Source: Mobula hypostoma
Lineage: Eukaryota
Direction of reading: 5' to 3'
DNA: 64,000 nt
Assembly: GCF_963921235.1 (NCBI RefSeq)
Contig: NC_086108.1
Coordinates: forward strand, 88,352,001 to 88,416,000
In this document: piece after piece, positions 25,501 to 38,523 of the stretch
Layout of the letters: the number at the start of each line of letters is the position of its first letter
Position numbering within the stretch: position 1 is the stretch's first letter
Notes under the pieces: model-generated
Database searches by the model: none
What the model was told of the DNA's origin: nothing
What the model saw: the letters and a program-made list of their open reading frames with translations, nothing else
Translations under genes and position numbers: made by a program

Positions 25501-25760
25501 GACCTTTATCCTTCTCCACCTCACTATCTGCTCTAACACTCTGGTTCCCTTCCCCTTGCAAATCTAGTTTAAACCACTCCCTCCCCCCCCCCCCCCCCCA
25601 GGAGCTGCACTAGGAAACCTTCCCGAAGGGATGTTAGTCCCCCACCAGTTCAGGTGCAACCCGTCCTGTCGGACAGGTCCCATCTTCCCTGGAACAAGGT
25701 TCAATTGTCCAGGAACATGAAGCTCTCCCTCCTGCACCAACTCCTTAGCCACGTCATATT
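22570..25760 (-). mobile_element. CR1 LINE: end of ORF1 (esterase-like) and near-complete but frameshifted ORF2
   Basis: QDGLHLN (ORF1), VYFNARSIRNK..AITETWL, IMGDFNFP, YMDFSKAFDKVPH, SGVPQGSVLGP, KFADNTK. CR1 tail at ~22570. Confidence 0.92.
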
Positions 25761-26599
25761 CAAATGATAGCCATGGTCTTAGCATTTTGAATCAGTAGTA
25801 AGGGCCTTGTTCCATGTATTCTATCAGTTCATGTCAACTTTGGGGAAAAATCCACCAGTTAACAAATCCCAGGAAAGCCACTTTGTAGTGAACACTCCAT
25901 GTAATTTAGCAGTTGGAATTCCAGTATCATTTGGACACATCTCTTCTGATTTATTAACTTTCAGGATCATTAACTTCTCAAAGGTTTTTTTCACTAATTC
26001 TAATTTACTTCATCAGTTGCATTCAGAGGGTTTTAGTATCTCATGAAGGCAGACAAAAAGTATTTGTTTACTTTCTCCAGCGGAAGCAAGGTTTTATAAA
26101 CTTGAACCATAATCTCCCTACTTCTGCACTCAATGCTCCAACTAATGAAAGCCAGTTTCACTTTTTTTGCACAAATAATTTAGTTTTTAATATACTGTAT
26201 ATTTACTGTAATTATAGATTCTTTACAATGTATTGCAATGTACTGCTGCTGCAAAACAACATATTTCATGATATATGCCAGTGACAATAAACCTGAGTCT
26301 GATGTCTAAACTACAGTAGCTACCTGTGCTGCCTAACATCAAGGATCACTGGACTTCAACTCCAAAGATTCTCTGTTCCTTTGCACTCCCTGCAATCCTA
26401 CCATTCAGGATGTAAGTCCTAGCTTCACGGCCCTCTTAACCTGCATCCCGTTTCGGTTGTCTGAATTAAATACCATCTACCATTTTTTTCAGCCCATTTC
26501 GCATTGATATCTCTCTGCAGACTAAAACTACCTTCCACGCTATCCACAACTCCACCATTGTTAGCGTTATCCACTAACTTATTGATCATGCCTCCCACA

Positions 26600-26972
26600 T
26601 CCACAGATTCTGCAGATGATAGAAATCTTGAGAAGCACTCATAAAATGCTGGAGGAACTCAGCAAGCCAGGATGTATTTACAGAGGGGACAACAGTCGAT
26701 GTTTCAGGCTGACCCTTCAACAGGACTGGAAAGGAGAGGGGCAGAAAGTCAGAATAAGAAGGTGGTGGTAGGAATGTAGCTGGTACACCTCCTCTTCCCC
26801 CACCACCTTATTCTGGCTATTCTGCAGAAACACTTGTGTTCGCGTTCTGGTTTCTGCCCTTTTCCTTCCAGTCCTGATGAGGGGTTTTGGGTGGGAGCAT
26901 CAACTGTTTATTTCCTTCTATATATGTTGACTGACTGGCTGAATTACCCCTGCATTTCCTGTGTGTTGCTCA
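26600..26972. mobile_element. Older PLE terminal-repeat pair in inverted orientation, with two decayed hammerheads
   Basis: Minus motif at 26692-26727 (CAGTC-CTGTTGA..GAAACATC-GACTG) and plus motif at 26869-26906 (CAGTC-CTGATGA..). Confidence 0.65.
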
Positions 26973-27224
26973 TGTATAATACAGACATCTTGAAAAATGT
27001 GCATATTTGAACCAGCTCCCTTGGCCCTAGGAGAATCATCATCCACATCTCCCCTAGTCTATGTTAGTGTCATAAAAATGACACCCGTTATTGTTGTAAA
27101 AAGTACAAAGTAAATTTATTATCAAAGTACATATATGTCACCATATACAACCCTGACATTCATTTTCTTGTGGGCAATCAAGAAAATATAAGAGACACAA
27201 TAGAACCAATGAAAGATATTTCCA

Positions 27225-27667
27225 GCAACACACGTAAAAGTTGCTGGTGAACGCAGCAGGCCAGGCAGCATCTATAGGAAGAGGTAACAGTCTTCTGTTA
27301 ATGCCCCACCTCCCCCTCATACGCCATCTGTTATTGCCCATCCTCTGGGCTTCCACCCTCCCCCTTTCTTTCTTCCTCGGCCTCCTGTCCCATGATCCTC
27401 TCAAATCCCTTTTGCCAATCAACTGTCCAGCTCTTGGCTCCATCCCTCCCCCTCCTGTCTTCGCCTATCATCTCTGATCTCCCCCTCCCACTTTCAAATC
27501 TCTTACTAGCTCTTCTTTCAGTTACTCCTGACGAAGGGTCTCGGCCCGAAACGTCGACTGTACCTCTTCCTATAGATGCTGCCTGGCCTGCTGCGTTCAC
27601 CAGCAACTTTTACGTGTGTTGCTTGAAATTCCAGCATCTGCAGATTTCCTCGTGTCTGCGTTTTTAA
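27225..27667 (+). mobile_element. PLE-derived hammerhead insertion with inverted 5' arm
   Basis: TSD AAAGATATTTCCA at 27212-27224 and 27668-27680. Segment 27225-27292 is the reverse complement of 27556-27622, with one extra A. Confidence 0.9.
27524..27560 (+). ncRNA. Minimal hammerhead ribozyme motif; predicted cleavage after 27555
   Basis: ACTC-CTGACGA-A-GGGTC-TC-GGCCC-GAAAC-GTC-GACTG. Stem II is good; stem I has one mismatch. Confidence 0.65.
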
Positions 27668-29011
27668 AAAGATATTTCCATACCAGGCCGTGATGCAACA
27701 CTACTCTCCACTACACATATATAGAAGTTTCTGAAAGTTCTAGATGACATGCCAAATCTTCACAGACTACTAAGGAAGTAGAGGCACCACCATGGTTTCT
27801 TCATAATGGCAGATACATGCTGGACCAGGACAGATTCTCTGAAATTATAACACCAAGGAATTTAAAGTGTGCTGAACAGTTCCCCCTCTGATTCCCTGCT
27901 GAGGACTGGCTCATGGACTTTCGGTTATCTCCTCCTGAAGTCAATAATCAAATTCTTGGTCTTTCTGACATTGAGTGAGAGGTTGTTAGTGTAGCACCAC
28001 TCAGCAGATTTTCAATATCCCTCCTATATGCTGATTTGTCACCACCTTTGATTCGGCCAATAATAGTGGTGTCATCAGCAAACTTAAATGTGGCATTGGA
28101 GTTGTGCTTGGCCTCACAGTCATAATTGTAAAGTGAGTAGAGCAGGGGCTAAGCATACCATCTTGTGATGCACCTGTGCTGATGGAGATTGTGGAGGAGA
28201 TGTTGCCAATCCAAACTGACTGGGGTCTGCAATTGAGGGAATTGAGGATCCAGTTGTGCAAGGTGATATTGAGGCCTAGGTCTTAAAGTTCATTGACTAG
28301 TTTTGTGGGGATGATAGCACTGAATGCCACACTGTAGTCGATAATGAGCATCCTGATGTTTGCATTTTCACTATCCAGATGTTCCAGGGTTGAGTGAAGA
28401 GTCAATGAAGTGGTATTGTTGACCCTGTTGTAACAGAATGCGAATTGGAGCAGATCCAAGTTGCTTCTCAGTAAGAAGTTGGTATGTTTGATCACCAACT
28501 TCTCAATGCACATCATCGCAGTGGACGTAAGTGCTACTGGATGATAATTATCAGGGTGGGTTACCGCGTTCTTCTTTGGCACCAATATAATTGAAGCCTC
28601 CCCGAAGCAGCTGGGTACCTCAGACTGCCAGAGTGAGAGGTTAAAGATATCAATGAAAACTCCAGCCAGCTGATCAGCACAGGTCTTTAGTACTTAGGCA
28701 GGTCCCCATCTGGGCAAGATACTTTCCATCACTTCACCCTCCTGAAGGATGCCATCACATCAACCTCATTGATGCAAAGCACAGAGTCATCAATGGCTAT
28801 GGAAGTTTGTGAAAGTGCCTGCATGTTTTGATGGTCAAAGTGGGCATAAAAGGTATTGAGCTCATCTGGGAATGAAAACGCATTGTCACCTACATATTTT
28901 GCATCATTTCATGTTGTAGGGAGTGATAGCATTCAGACTCTGCCAGAGTTGTAGATCATCCTTCAGTGATTCAAGCTTGGTCTGGATTCGTCACTTTTCA
29001 CAAGACATTGC

Positions 29012-29575
29012 CAGACATCCCACCCTGCAAAAACTTATTTCAGGGAGGTAGCACCATCAATTTGCGGGAGAGTCCCGGAACGTCCGGGAGAGGTGGGATG
29101 TCTGCAATAGAGTAGCTCCTTAGCAGCTAGCCAGCTAGTTTAAATAATGTTAGCTATGCTAATGAATGAATGACACCTGTTAAACTCACCTCAACATGTC
29201 TTTTTCAGTCTTAACCCACCATGGGCAATAGAAAAGTCACTGTTGCAAACAGTACAGCAAGCAACATTGTCATTATTTTGACCCCTATTAGGCAGGGGTA
29301 TACTTTAGTGTAGTCTGGGGTGACGTATGTTTTATTTTTTCTTTTTTTGGAACACTCTGCCACTCTGACTTTTTTTGGAACTCGCTCTTGCTCTCTCTCT
29401 CTCGCTCGTGGTCGCTCTCTCTCTCTCTCTCGCTCGCTCTCTCGCTCTCTCTCACGCGCTGTCTCACGCTCACTCTCAAAAAAAATCAATTTCCGGGACA
29501 TTGTATATAATTTGCAGGCATCAGGGAACCACTATTAATATGCGGGAGACTCCTGGAACTTCTGGGGGAGGTGGG
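29012..29575. mobile_element. hAT-like non-autonomous DNA element with internal (CT)n/(CTCG)n microsatellite
   Basis: Starts CAGACATCCCACC, whose inverted copy GGTGGGATGTCTG lies at ~29091-29104. The subterminal block GCGGGAGA..GGAGGTGGG recurs at ~29542-29575. Microsatellite at ~29383-29477. Confidence 0.6.
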
Positions 29576-29929
29576 CTGGAAATCATACCTGGACCTTGTG
29601 TACTTAACTTGGTGTTGGAGCTGAATGCTAATGATATGGCCCTCAGCAGATTACGAATCCCATGGTTTACCCAACGCTTCTGGTGAGGGAAGACATCGAT
29701 TGATTTTATGGGGACACACTCATCTGTGATTGTTTTTATAAAGTCTGTGACAACTGAGGTGTATTCTCTTGATATTGGTCAAGGGATAAATGTGAGGCAG
29801 CGTACTGAGGAAACTATCAGAAAGTGCTGATAAGTAACACAAGATATTGGTTTAATATTTAAAGTGTGGTCTTTCATTGGACAGTGGCACAGACGCAGTC
29901 CAAGTGTTCCTACACAGTCCAGAGCAGAG

Positions 29930-32610
29930 CATGAAAAACCCAGTCGCGATAAAGGAGAGGTTCTGTCTAGCGGAGCAGTTCATCATAGGAGTGGTCTGAG
30001 TCAGAGTGGTAAAGCTTTGGCTCAACAGGCTTTGGTGAAGTAAACAGGTAGGTTTATTTCTTATTTCGGTTTACTTTCTTTTTTTTCTTATTTAATGCTT
30101 GAAAAACTGGGAGGCATGTCTGCAGGACCAATGTTCTGTTCTGGGTCTCAGATGTGGTATTTCCAGGAGACTTCCAGCTTCCTCGATGGCCACACCTGCA
30201 CCAGGTGCATCAAGATGCAGCTCCTTAGAGACCGTGTTAATGAACTAGAGCTGCAGCTCGATGACCTTCGGCTTGTTAGGGAAAGAGGAGGTGATAGACA
30301 GGAGGAAGTCACCCCAAGGCTACAGGAGACAGATAAAGATGGAAGGGAAAATATCAGATAGTGGAGAGCACCTGTGTGGCCATCCCCCTCAAAAGAAAGT
30401 ACTCCATTTTGAGAACTGTTGCGGGGGGATGACCTACATGGGGAAAACAACAGCAGCCATATCTCTCAGTCTGGCCCTGTGGCACAGAAGGGTAGAGGAC
30501 TGAAGAGGATGGTAGCAGTAATAGGGGCTCTATAGTTAGGGTGACAGAGTCGATTCTGTGGACATGAAAAAGAAACACACCTGGAGTGCTGCGTGCAGTT
30601 CTGGTCTCCTTCCTTGAGGAAGGATATATGGGCTTTGGAGGCAATGCAGAGGAGTTTCACCAGGTTGATTCCACAGACGAGGGGGTTAGACTATGAGGAG
30701 TGATTGAGTCGCATAGGACTGTACTTTCTGGAATTCAGAAGAATGAGAGGAGATCTTATAGAAACATATGAAAGGGATAGATAAGATAAAGACAAGAAGT
30801 TTGTTTCCACAGGAGGTGAGGCTAGAACTAGGAGACATAGCCTCAAGTTTCAGGGGCGTAGATTTACGATGGAGATAAGGAGAAACTGCTTTTCCCAGAA
30901 AGTGGTAAATCTGTGGAATTCTCCGTCCAATGAAGCAGTAGGGGCTACATCAGTAAATATATTTAAGACAAGGTTGGATAGATTTTTGCATTGTGGGGTT
31001 TAAGGGTTATGGGGAAAAGGCAGGTAAGTGGTGTGAGTCGATGGCCAGATCAGCCATGATCTTATTTAATGGTGGAGCAGGCTCGACGGGCCAGATAGCC
31101 TACTCCTGCTCCTATTTCTTATGTTCTTATGTAAGTTAAGAACTGCATAAAAGCCAAGGAAATGGCATATGAGGTAACAAAAGTGAGTTGGAAGTTGGAC
31201 GACTGGGAAGTTTTTAAAATCCAACAAAATGACACCACATTGATTGGCCTTGTTTCTCAAACAATAACAATGTGGCCTATGGGGAAAAAATCATCTCGCT
31301 GACACTGTGGTATCAAGAACCTCTCCCTCAATGTCGCAAAAACAAAGGAGCTGATTGTGGATTACAGGAGGAATGGAGACGGGCTAACTCCTATCGACAT
31401 CAATGGATCTAGGGTTGAGAGGGGTAAACAGCTTCAAGTTCCTCGGCATCCACATCACTGAGGAGCTCACGTGGTCTGTACACACCAACTGTGTGGTGAA
31501 AAAGACACCACAATGCCTCTTTCACCTCAGACGTTTGAGGAAGTTAGATGTGGCCCCAAATCCTAAGAACTTTCTACAGGGGCACAATTGAGAGCATTCT
31601 GACTGGCTGCACCACTGCCTGGTATGGGAACTGTACTTCCCTTAATTGCAGGACTCTGCAGAGAGTGGTGCGGACAGCCCAGCTCACCTGTAGTTCTAAA
31701 CTTCCCATGATTTAGGGCACTTACAAGGACAGGTGTGTAAAAAGGGCCCGTAGGATCATGGGGACCCAAGCCATCCCAGCCACAATCTATTCCAGCTGCT
31801 ACCATCCAGGAAGTGGTACCGCAGCATAAAAGCCAGGACCAACTGGCTCCAGGACAGCTTCTTCCACCAGGCCATCAGACTGATGAACTCCCGCTGACTT
31901 GAGTGTACTCTATATTAACTTTTCTATTTATTATAAATTACAATGTTTGCACATTGCACATTTAGATGGAGACGTGACATAAAGATTTTTATCCCTCATG
32001 TATGTGAAGGATGTAAAAAATGAAGTTAATTAATTCATTCATTCAAAAGCAACTGAAAAAGTTATAAGAAGGGAAAAAATGTAATCTGAGGGCAAACTAG
32101 CCAATAATATAAAGCAGGACACTAAAAGCTTTTTCAGTTACATAAAGAGTAAAAGGGAGGTGAGAGTTGATATTAGAGCATGGGAAAATGATGCTGGTGA
32201 GGTAGTAATGGGGGACAAAGAAATGGCTGATGAACTTCAGTACTTTGCATCAGTCTTCACTATGGAAGACACCAACAGTGTGCCAGAGGTCCAAGAGTGC
32301 CAGGGAGCAGGAGTGAGTGCTATTGCTTTTACAAAGGAAAAAGTGCTAGGCAAACTCAAACTCAAAGGTGGAGAAGTCATCAGGACCAAATGGACTACAT
32401 TCCAGAGTTCTGAAAGAAGTTGCTGAAGAGATAATGGATGATAGTTATGATCTTTAGTTATGATCGTTCAAGAATCACTTGATTCTGGAAAATGTCACTC
32501 TACTCTTTATGAAGGAAGGAAGGCAAACGAAAGGAAATTATAGGCCAGTTGGCCTAACCTCAGTGGTTGGGAAAGTGTTGAAGTCTGTTATTAAGGATGA
32601 GGTTTCCTGG
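29930..32610 (+). mobile_element. CR1 LINE pieces (5' UTR / ORF1 zinc finger, ORF2 fragments)
   Basis: ORF 30095..30361 CSGSQMW..HTCTRCIKMQLLRDRVNELELQLDDLR. ORF2 3' end at 30575-31130. ORF2 middle at 32045-32610. Confidence 0.8.
31235..32045 (+). mobile_element. Rex1/Babar LINE 3' fragment
   Basis: LNVAKTKELIVDYRR, FKFLGIHITEELTWSVHT..LFHLRRLRK. (TTCA)n tail. Confidence 0.85.
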
Positions 32611-33502
32611 GTGACTGTAAACATGTGACCTCACAGATTGAGGTCTAATCCTCATTCTGACCAAGGCCAGCAGCTGCCCTGCCATCTGACCCTGCCGTCC
32701 ACCAATACATCAGTGAATCAGAGTTACAGAAAAACAATGTCCAACAGGGTCTTGCAATCACAAGAAAAGCGACTAAGATGATCACTCGCAGTAAGGCTGC
32801 ACACCGCCTTTGTGAACTGACTCTTCCAACGTCTCCCTGACATAAGCAGCACCACAATCTGCACCAAGTCCAGCTCCTTCAGTTTCTCTGCCCACGAGTA
32901 ACTCACTGATTGGGTAAACCTGCAGTACTTTAGTTCTTAATGTCCAACAGGGTCTTGTGATTGTAAATAATAAATTTAAAAAAGCAGTAACACATTTGGC
33001 TGACCCAATGGAAGCTGCTGTGATTGATCGAGCCACCATCTTGAGGAGGGAAGTACAGCTGGTGTTTTGATTTTTTTTTCCCCTATTCATTCAGTGACAG
33101 CAATCTGAGAAGAAGTTTTTCCCCAATAAATGAATACATAAAAATCAGGAGGAACAAAGTGCACAGTTCCATTGGAAGTTCAAATGAACAAACAGAAGCA
33201 TGAAAATATGAAGACAATAGTTCCTTTAATTTGTTAACACCAATTGACATTTAAATTTCAGAATTATAATTTGTGCAGCACCCAGTTGTTCTATGATAAT
33301 TGAGTAATAAACAGTTTTTTCTATTCTCTCATCACAAACATAGAAATTCTTTGACTGAACATTAAAAAGGCAAAATCTGATCTGGTTAAAATGAAAAAAA
33401 AAACAAGTTAATGTGAAGCATCTCACTGTACAGGAAACAATTTTGCTTAATGAAATGAATGTAATGAAAAAGTTAATAGTGTAATATTAAAGTACAGATC
33501 AC

Positions 33503-33508
33503 TTTATT
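33503..33508 (-). terminator. Candidate CFAP57 polyadenylation signal AATAAA
   Basis: Plus-strand TTTATT about 120 nt past the stop codon. An ATTAAA variant lies at 33564-33569. Confidence 0.5.
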
Positions 33509-33628
33509 GCTTTGAAACAGAAGGGATTTAAAGAGGTTTCAAAAGGGGAGATAAACTGACAGGTTTAATATTAAGCATTGTACATTGTAAGTTTCGTGCC
33601 AGTTTATACATAAATGTTTCTCAAACGT

Positions 33629-33798
33629 TCATAAGACATTCAGTGCAGGTAACACTATACCAGGGTGTTGCTGGTGTTCCTCTACTGTCTGAATTTTTTC
33701 TCGAAGTTGCTTAATTTCCAGTCGCTGTAGTTCAATGATCCGTTCTGACTCCTGGTCGAAATTAAGACGTGTAACTGTACCACTTCTTGAACAATTGT
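33629..33798 (-). CDS. CFAP57: CFAP57 last coding exon (phase 1)
   Basis: CCTTTCCAG acceptor. (D)NCSRSGTVTRLNFDQESERIIELQRLEIKQLREKIQ..LPALNVL* resembles human [27 protein letters not shown]. Confidence 0.9.
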
Positions 33799-34766
33799 CT
33801 GGAAAGGAGCAAACCACATTTGTTCTTTTATCTAATATTCTGACATTAAACAAAAATAAGTATATGTACCTGCTCCTTGTGTTGATGTGTGCAATGAAAG
33901 ACTATCTGAGTGATGAAAAACATGGTCATAAATTAATTATGGGTGAGTGCCCATTAGCTGGCATGGAAATGGTGAGTTGAGCAGCCTGTTTCCATGCTCT
34001 ATGACTCTAAAGGGCTTATCCCCAGCACCATTATACAGTGCCTATAAAAGGTATTCATCCCCCCCTTGGAAGTTTTCATATTTTATTGTTCTACAATATT
34101 GAATCACAGTGGATTTAATTTGGCTTTTGTTGACACTGTTCCACAGAGACAAGACTCCTTCCTGTCAAAGTGAAAACAGATCTGAACAAAGTGGTCTAAA
34201 TTAATTACAGATACAAAACACAAAATAAATGTTTGCATAAGTAATCACCTTCTTTAATTCAGTACTATATTTAGTAGATGCACCTTTGGCAGCAATTACA
34301 GCCTTGAGTCTGTGTGGATAGGTCTCTATTGGCTTTGCACATCTGGATGCTGCAATTTTTCCCTATTCGTTTTTATAAAACTGCTCAAGCTCTGTCAGAT
34401 TGCATGGGGATCGTGAATGAACAGCCCTTTTCAAGTTCAGCCACAAATTCTAATTGGATTGAGGTCTGGACTCTGACTTGGCCACACCAGGACATTAACT
34501 TTGTTGTTTTTAAGCCATCCCTGTGTAACTTTGGCTTTATGCTTGGGGTCATTGCCTTGCTGGAAAACAGATCTTCTCCCAAGTCACAGTTCTGTTGCAG
34601 ACTGCATCAGGTTTTTCTCCTCAGGATCTCCCCGTATTTTACTGCATTCATTTTACCCTCTACCTTCACAAGCCTTCCAGGGCCCACAGTAGTGAAGCAT
34701 CCCAACAGCATGATGCAGCTACCACTATGCTTCATGGTAAGGATGGTGTGATTTTTGATGATATGC

Positions 34767-37700
34767 AGGAAGGCGTGGAGCTTAGGAGATGATGGCGCCT
34801 AATGGCGACTTCTTTACTTGCATCTTCGGAAACAGCTCTGTTTCTATCTTTAATATCTCTATTTTTCCCTTTGAGGGTTCTTTTGAAGACCCTGACCTGG
34901 AGTCATATGCTGACTTCGGTTCTTTGTGGGAATGGGACCCGCTCTTGGGGTCTCACGACTGGCTGCTATTCGATATATCAAGGACAAGGGGAGAAAAAAA
35001 CCAGAGGACATGGGTTAAGGGTGAGGGGGGAAAAGTTTAAAGGGAACATTGGAGGGGCTTCTTCACACAGAGAGTGGTGGGAGTATGGAATGAGCTGCCA
35101 GACGAGGTGGTAAATGCAGGTTCTTTTTTAACATTTAAGAATAAATTGGACAGATACATGGATGGGAGGTGTATGGAGGGATATGGTCTGTGTGCAGGTC
35201 AGTGGGACTAGGCAGAAAATGGTTTGGCACAGCCAAGAAGGGCCAAAAGGCCTGTTTCTGTGCTGTAGTTTCTATGGTTCTATAGATGTGGCCTAGAAGA
35301 CTAGCGCGTCTTCGGGATTATGGGATATTGTGGCTTTGGAGGCGGGGCGGACTCACGGTCGGTGCCTTTGCAGGAACCTGATGTGTTGTTGGAGTACATG
35401 GAAGTTTGAAAGCAGCTATCTGGCTGCTGGCTGTGTGCCCAGAGACCCGAGTTCTTTGGGCACAGAGGTCGGAAAAAACAATGCAACAGACTTTTAACAT
35501 CATAACTCAGCGAGTTGTTTTGTTAATAAGGTGGATGAATTGAAAGTGCAGATTGTTATTAATGATTATGATATAGTTGGGATCACAGAGACATGGCTCC
35601 AGGGTGACCAGGGATGGGAGCTCAACGTTCAGGGATATTCAATATTCAGGAGGGATAGACATGAAGGAAGGGGAGGTGGGGTGGCGTTGCTGGTTAAAGA
35701 AGAGATTAACGCAATAGAAAGGAAGGACATAAGCCGGGAAGATGTGGAATCGATATGGGTAGAGCTGCGTAACACTAAGGGGCAGAAGACGCTAGTGGGA
35801 GTTGTGTACAGGCCACCTAACAGTAGTAGTGAGGTCGGAGATGGTATTAAACAAGAAATTAGAAATGTGTGCAATAAAGGAACAGCAGTTATAATGGGTG
35901 ACTTCAATCTACATGTAGACTGGGTGAACCAAATTGGAAAAGGTGCTGAGGAAGAGGATTTCTTGGAATGTATGCGGGATGGTTTTTTGAACCAACATGT
36001 CGAGGAACCGACTAGAGAGCAGGCTATTCTGGACTGGGTTTTGAGCAATGAGGAAGGGTTAATTAGCGATCTTGTCGTGAGAGGCCCCTTGGGTAAGAGT
36101 GACCATAATATGGTGGAATTCTTCATTAATATGGAGAGTGACATAGTTAATTCAGAAACAAAGGTTCTGAACTTAAAGAGGGGTAACTTTGAAGGTATGA
36201 GACGTGAATTAGCTGAGATAGACTGGCAAATGACACTTAAAGGATTGACGGTGGATATGCAATGGCAAGCATTTAAAGGTTGCATGGATGAACTACAACA
36301 ATTGTTCATCCCAGTTTGGCAAAAGAATAAATCAAGGAAGGTAGTGCACCCGTGGCTGACAAGAGAAATTAGGGATAGTATCAATTCCAAAGAAGTAGCA
36401 TACAAATTAGCCAGAGAAAGTGGCTCACCTGAGGACTGGGAGAAATTCAGAGTTCAGCAGAGGAGGACAAAGGGCTTAATTAGGAAGGGGAAAAAAGATT
36501 ATGAGAGAAAACTGGCGGGGAACTTTAAACGGACTGTAAAAGCTTTTATAGATATGTAAAAAGGAAAAGACTGGTAAAGACAAATGTAGGTCCCCTGCAG
36601 ACAGAAACAGGTGAATTGATTATGGGGAGCAAGGACATGGCAGACCAATTGAATAAGTACTTTGGTTCTGTCTTCACTAAGGAGGACATAAATAATCTTC
36701 CAGAAATAGTAAGGGACAGAGGGTCCAGTGAAATGGAGGAACTGAGTGAAATACATGTTAGTAGGGAAGTGGTGTTAGGTAAATTGAAGGGATTGAAGGC
36801 AGACAAATCCCCAGGGCCAGATGGTCTGCATCCCAGAGTGCTTAAGGAAGTAGCCCAAGAAATAGTGGATGCATTAGTGATAATTTTTCAAAACTCGTTA
36901 GATTCTGGACTAGTTCCTGAGGATTGGAGGGTGGCTAATGTAACCCCAATTTTTAAAAAAGGAGGGAGAGAGAAACCGGGGAATTATAGACCGGTTAGCC
37001 TAACGTCGGTGGTGGGGAAACTGCTGGAGTCAGTTATCAAGGATGTGATAACAGCACATTTGGAAAGCGGTGAAATGATCGGACAAAGTCAGCATGGATT
37101 TGTGAAAGGAAAATCATGTCTGACGAATCTCATAGAATTTTTTGAGGATGTAACTAGTAGAGTGGATAGGGGAGAACCAGTGGTATATTTGGATTTTCAA
37201 AAGGCTTTTGACAAGGTCCCACACAGGAGATTAGTGTGCAAACTTAAAGCACACGGTATTGGGGGTAAGGTATTGGTGTGGGTGGAGAATTGGTTAGCAG
37301 ACAAGAAGCAAAGAGTGGGAATAAACGGGACCTTTTCAGAATGGCAGGCGGTGACTAGTGGGGTACCGCAAGGCTCAGTGCTGGGACCCCAGTTGTTTAC
37401 AATATATATTAATGACTTGGATGAGGGAATTAAATGCAGCATCTCCAAGTTTGCGGATGACACGAAGCTGGGTGGCAGTGTTAGCAGTGAGGAGGATGCT
37501 AAGAGGATGCAGGGTGACTTGGATAGGTTGGGTGAGTGGGCAAACTCATGGCAGATGCAATTTAATGTGGATAGTATTGTGTGCAGTTTTGGTCCCCTAA
37601 CCTGAGGAAAGACATCTTTGCCATAGAGGGAGTACAAAGAAGGTTTACCAGATTGATTCCTGGGATGGCAGGACTTTCATATGAAGAAAGACTGGATGAA

Positions 37701-38523
37701 CTGGGCTTGTACTCGTTGGAATTTAGAAGATTGAGGGGGGATCTGATTGAAACGTATAAGATCCTAAAGGGATTGGAGAGGCTAGATGCAGGAAGATTGT
37801 TCCCGATGTTGGGGAAGTCCAGAACGAGGGGTCACAGCTTGAGGATAGAGGGGAAGCCTTTTAGGACCGAGATTAGGAAAAACTTCTTCACACAGAGAGT
37901 GGTGAATCTGTGGAATTCTCTGCCACGGGAAACTGTTGAGGCCAGTTCATTGGCTATGTTTAAGAGGGAGTTAGATATGGCCCTTGTGGCTACAGGGGTC
38001 AGGGGGTATGGAGGGAAGGTTGGGGCGGGGTTCTGAGTTGGATGATCAACCATGATCATAATAAATGGCGGTGCAGGCTCGAAGGGCCGAATGGCCTACT
38101 CCTGCACCTATTTTCTATGTTTCTATGTTATGTCTCCTGTCTCGCTCTGAAACGGGGTCATCACTTTTTCCCTTATTAGGGAGAGAGCGAGCCTGTGGTA
38201 TGTCGAATTACCGGGTGAACGAATAGTCTTTGAGGTACTGCAAGTCTGTATCTTTATTGATGCTTTGCTGCACGCTTCAGTGCTTGGTGGGGGGTGCATA
38301 TGCTTTTTTTGCTGGTGGGGGAGGGGGGTCGTTGCTTTGCTGCTGCTTATGCGTGGGAAGGGGGAGCTTGTGGTGGCTTTGGGGTTCTAATATTTAACTG
38401 TCATTCATTCTTTGGGGCACTCCTCTCTTTTCGTGGATGCTTGCAAAGAAAAGAAGAATTTCAGGATGTATATGGTATATATTTTTTTGACATTAAGTGT
38501 ACCTTTGAAACCTTTGACAACTT
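34767..38523 (+). mobile_element. Non-coding SINE-like retroposon interrupted by two CR1 insertions
   Basis: TSD TGATATGC at 34759-34766 and 38524-38531. CTTTGA-repeat tail. CR1 pieces at ~34981-35285 and ~35522-38128. Confidence 0.7.
35522..38128 (+). mobile_element. Young 5'-truncated CR1 LINE ORF2 (APE endonuclease + RT) with a frameshift and a ~250-bp internal deletion
   Basis: ORFs 35531..36559 (GITETWL, GVVYRPP, MGDFN, GKSDHN) and 36616..37605 (YLDFQKAFDKVPH, SKFADDTK). The deletion at ~37572 is relative to the sister copy at 50953-51890. (TTTCTATG)n tail. Confidence 0.95.

Larger units (their letters stand above)
27100..29790 (-). mobile_element. Rex1/Babar-type LINE, degenerate, with nested insertions
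   Basis: ORF 28283..28585 [33 protein letters not shown] 28001..28261 WILNSL..STGASQ. Confidence 0.75.

Noticed and set aside
25578..25599. Poly-C run / potential G-quadruplex
   Set aside because: It is a homopolymer expansion inside CR1 ORF1, with no evidence of function.
29211..29686. ER/RE-rich and SL-rich ORFs
   Set aside because: They are translations of a (CT)n/(CTCG)n microsatellite inside a DNA transposon.
35629..36405. 258-aa minus-strand ORF
   Set aside because: It is the antisense shadow of the CR1 endonuclease ORF, with no independent motif.
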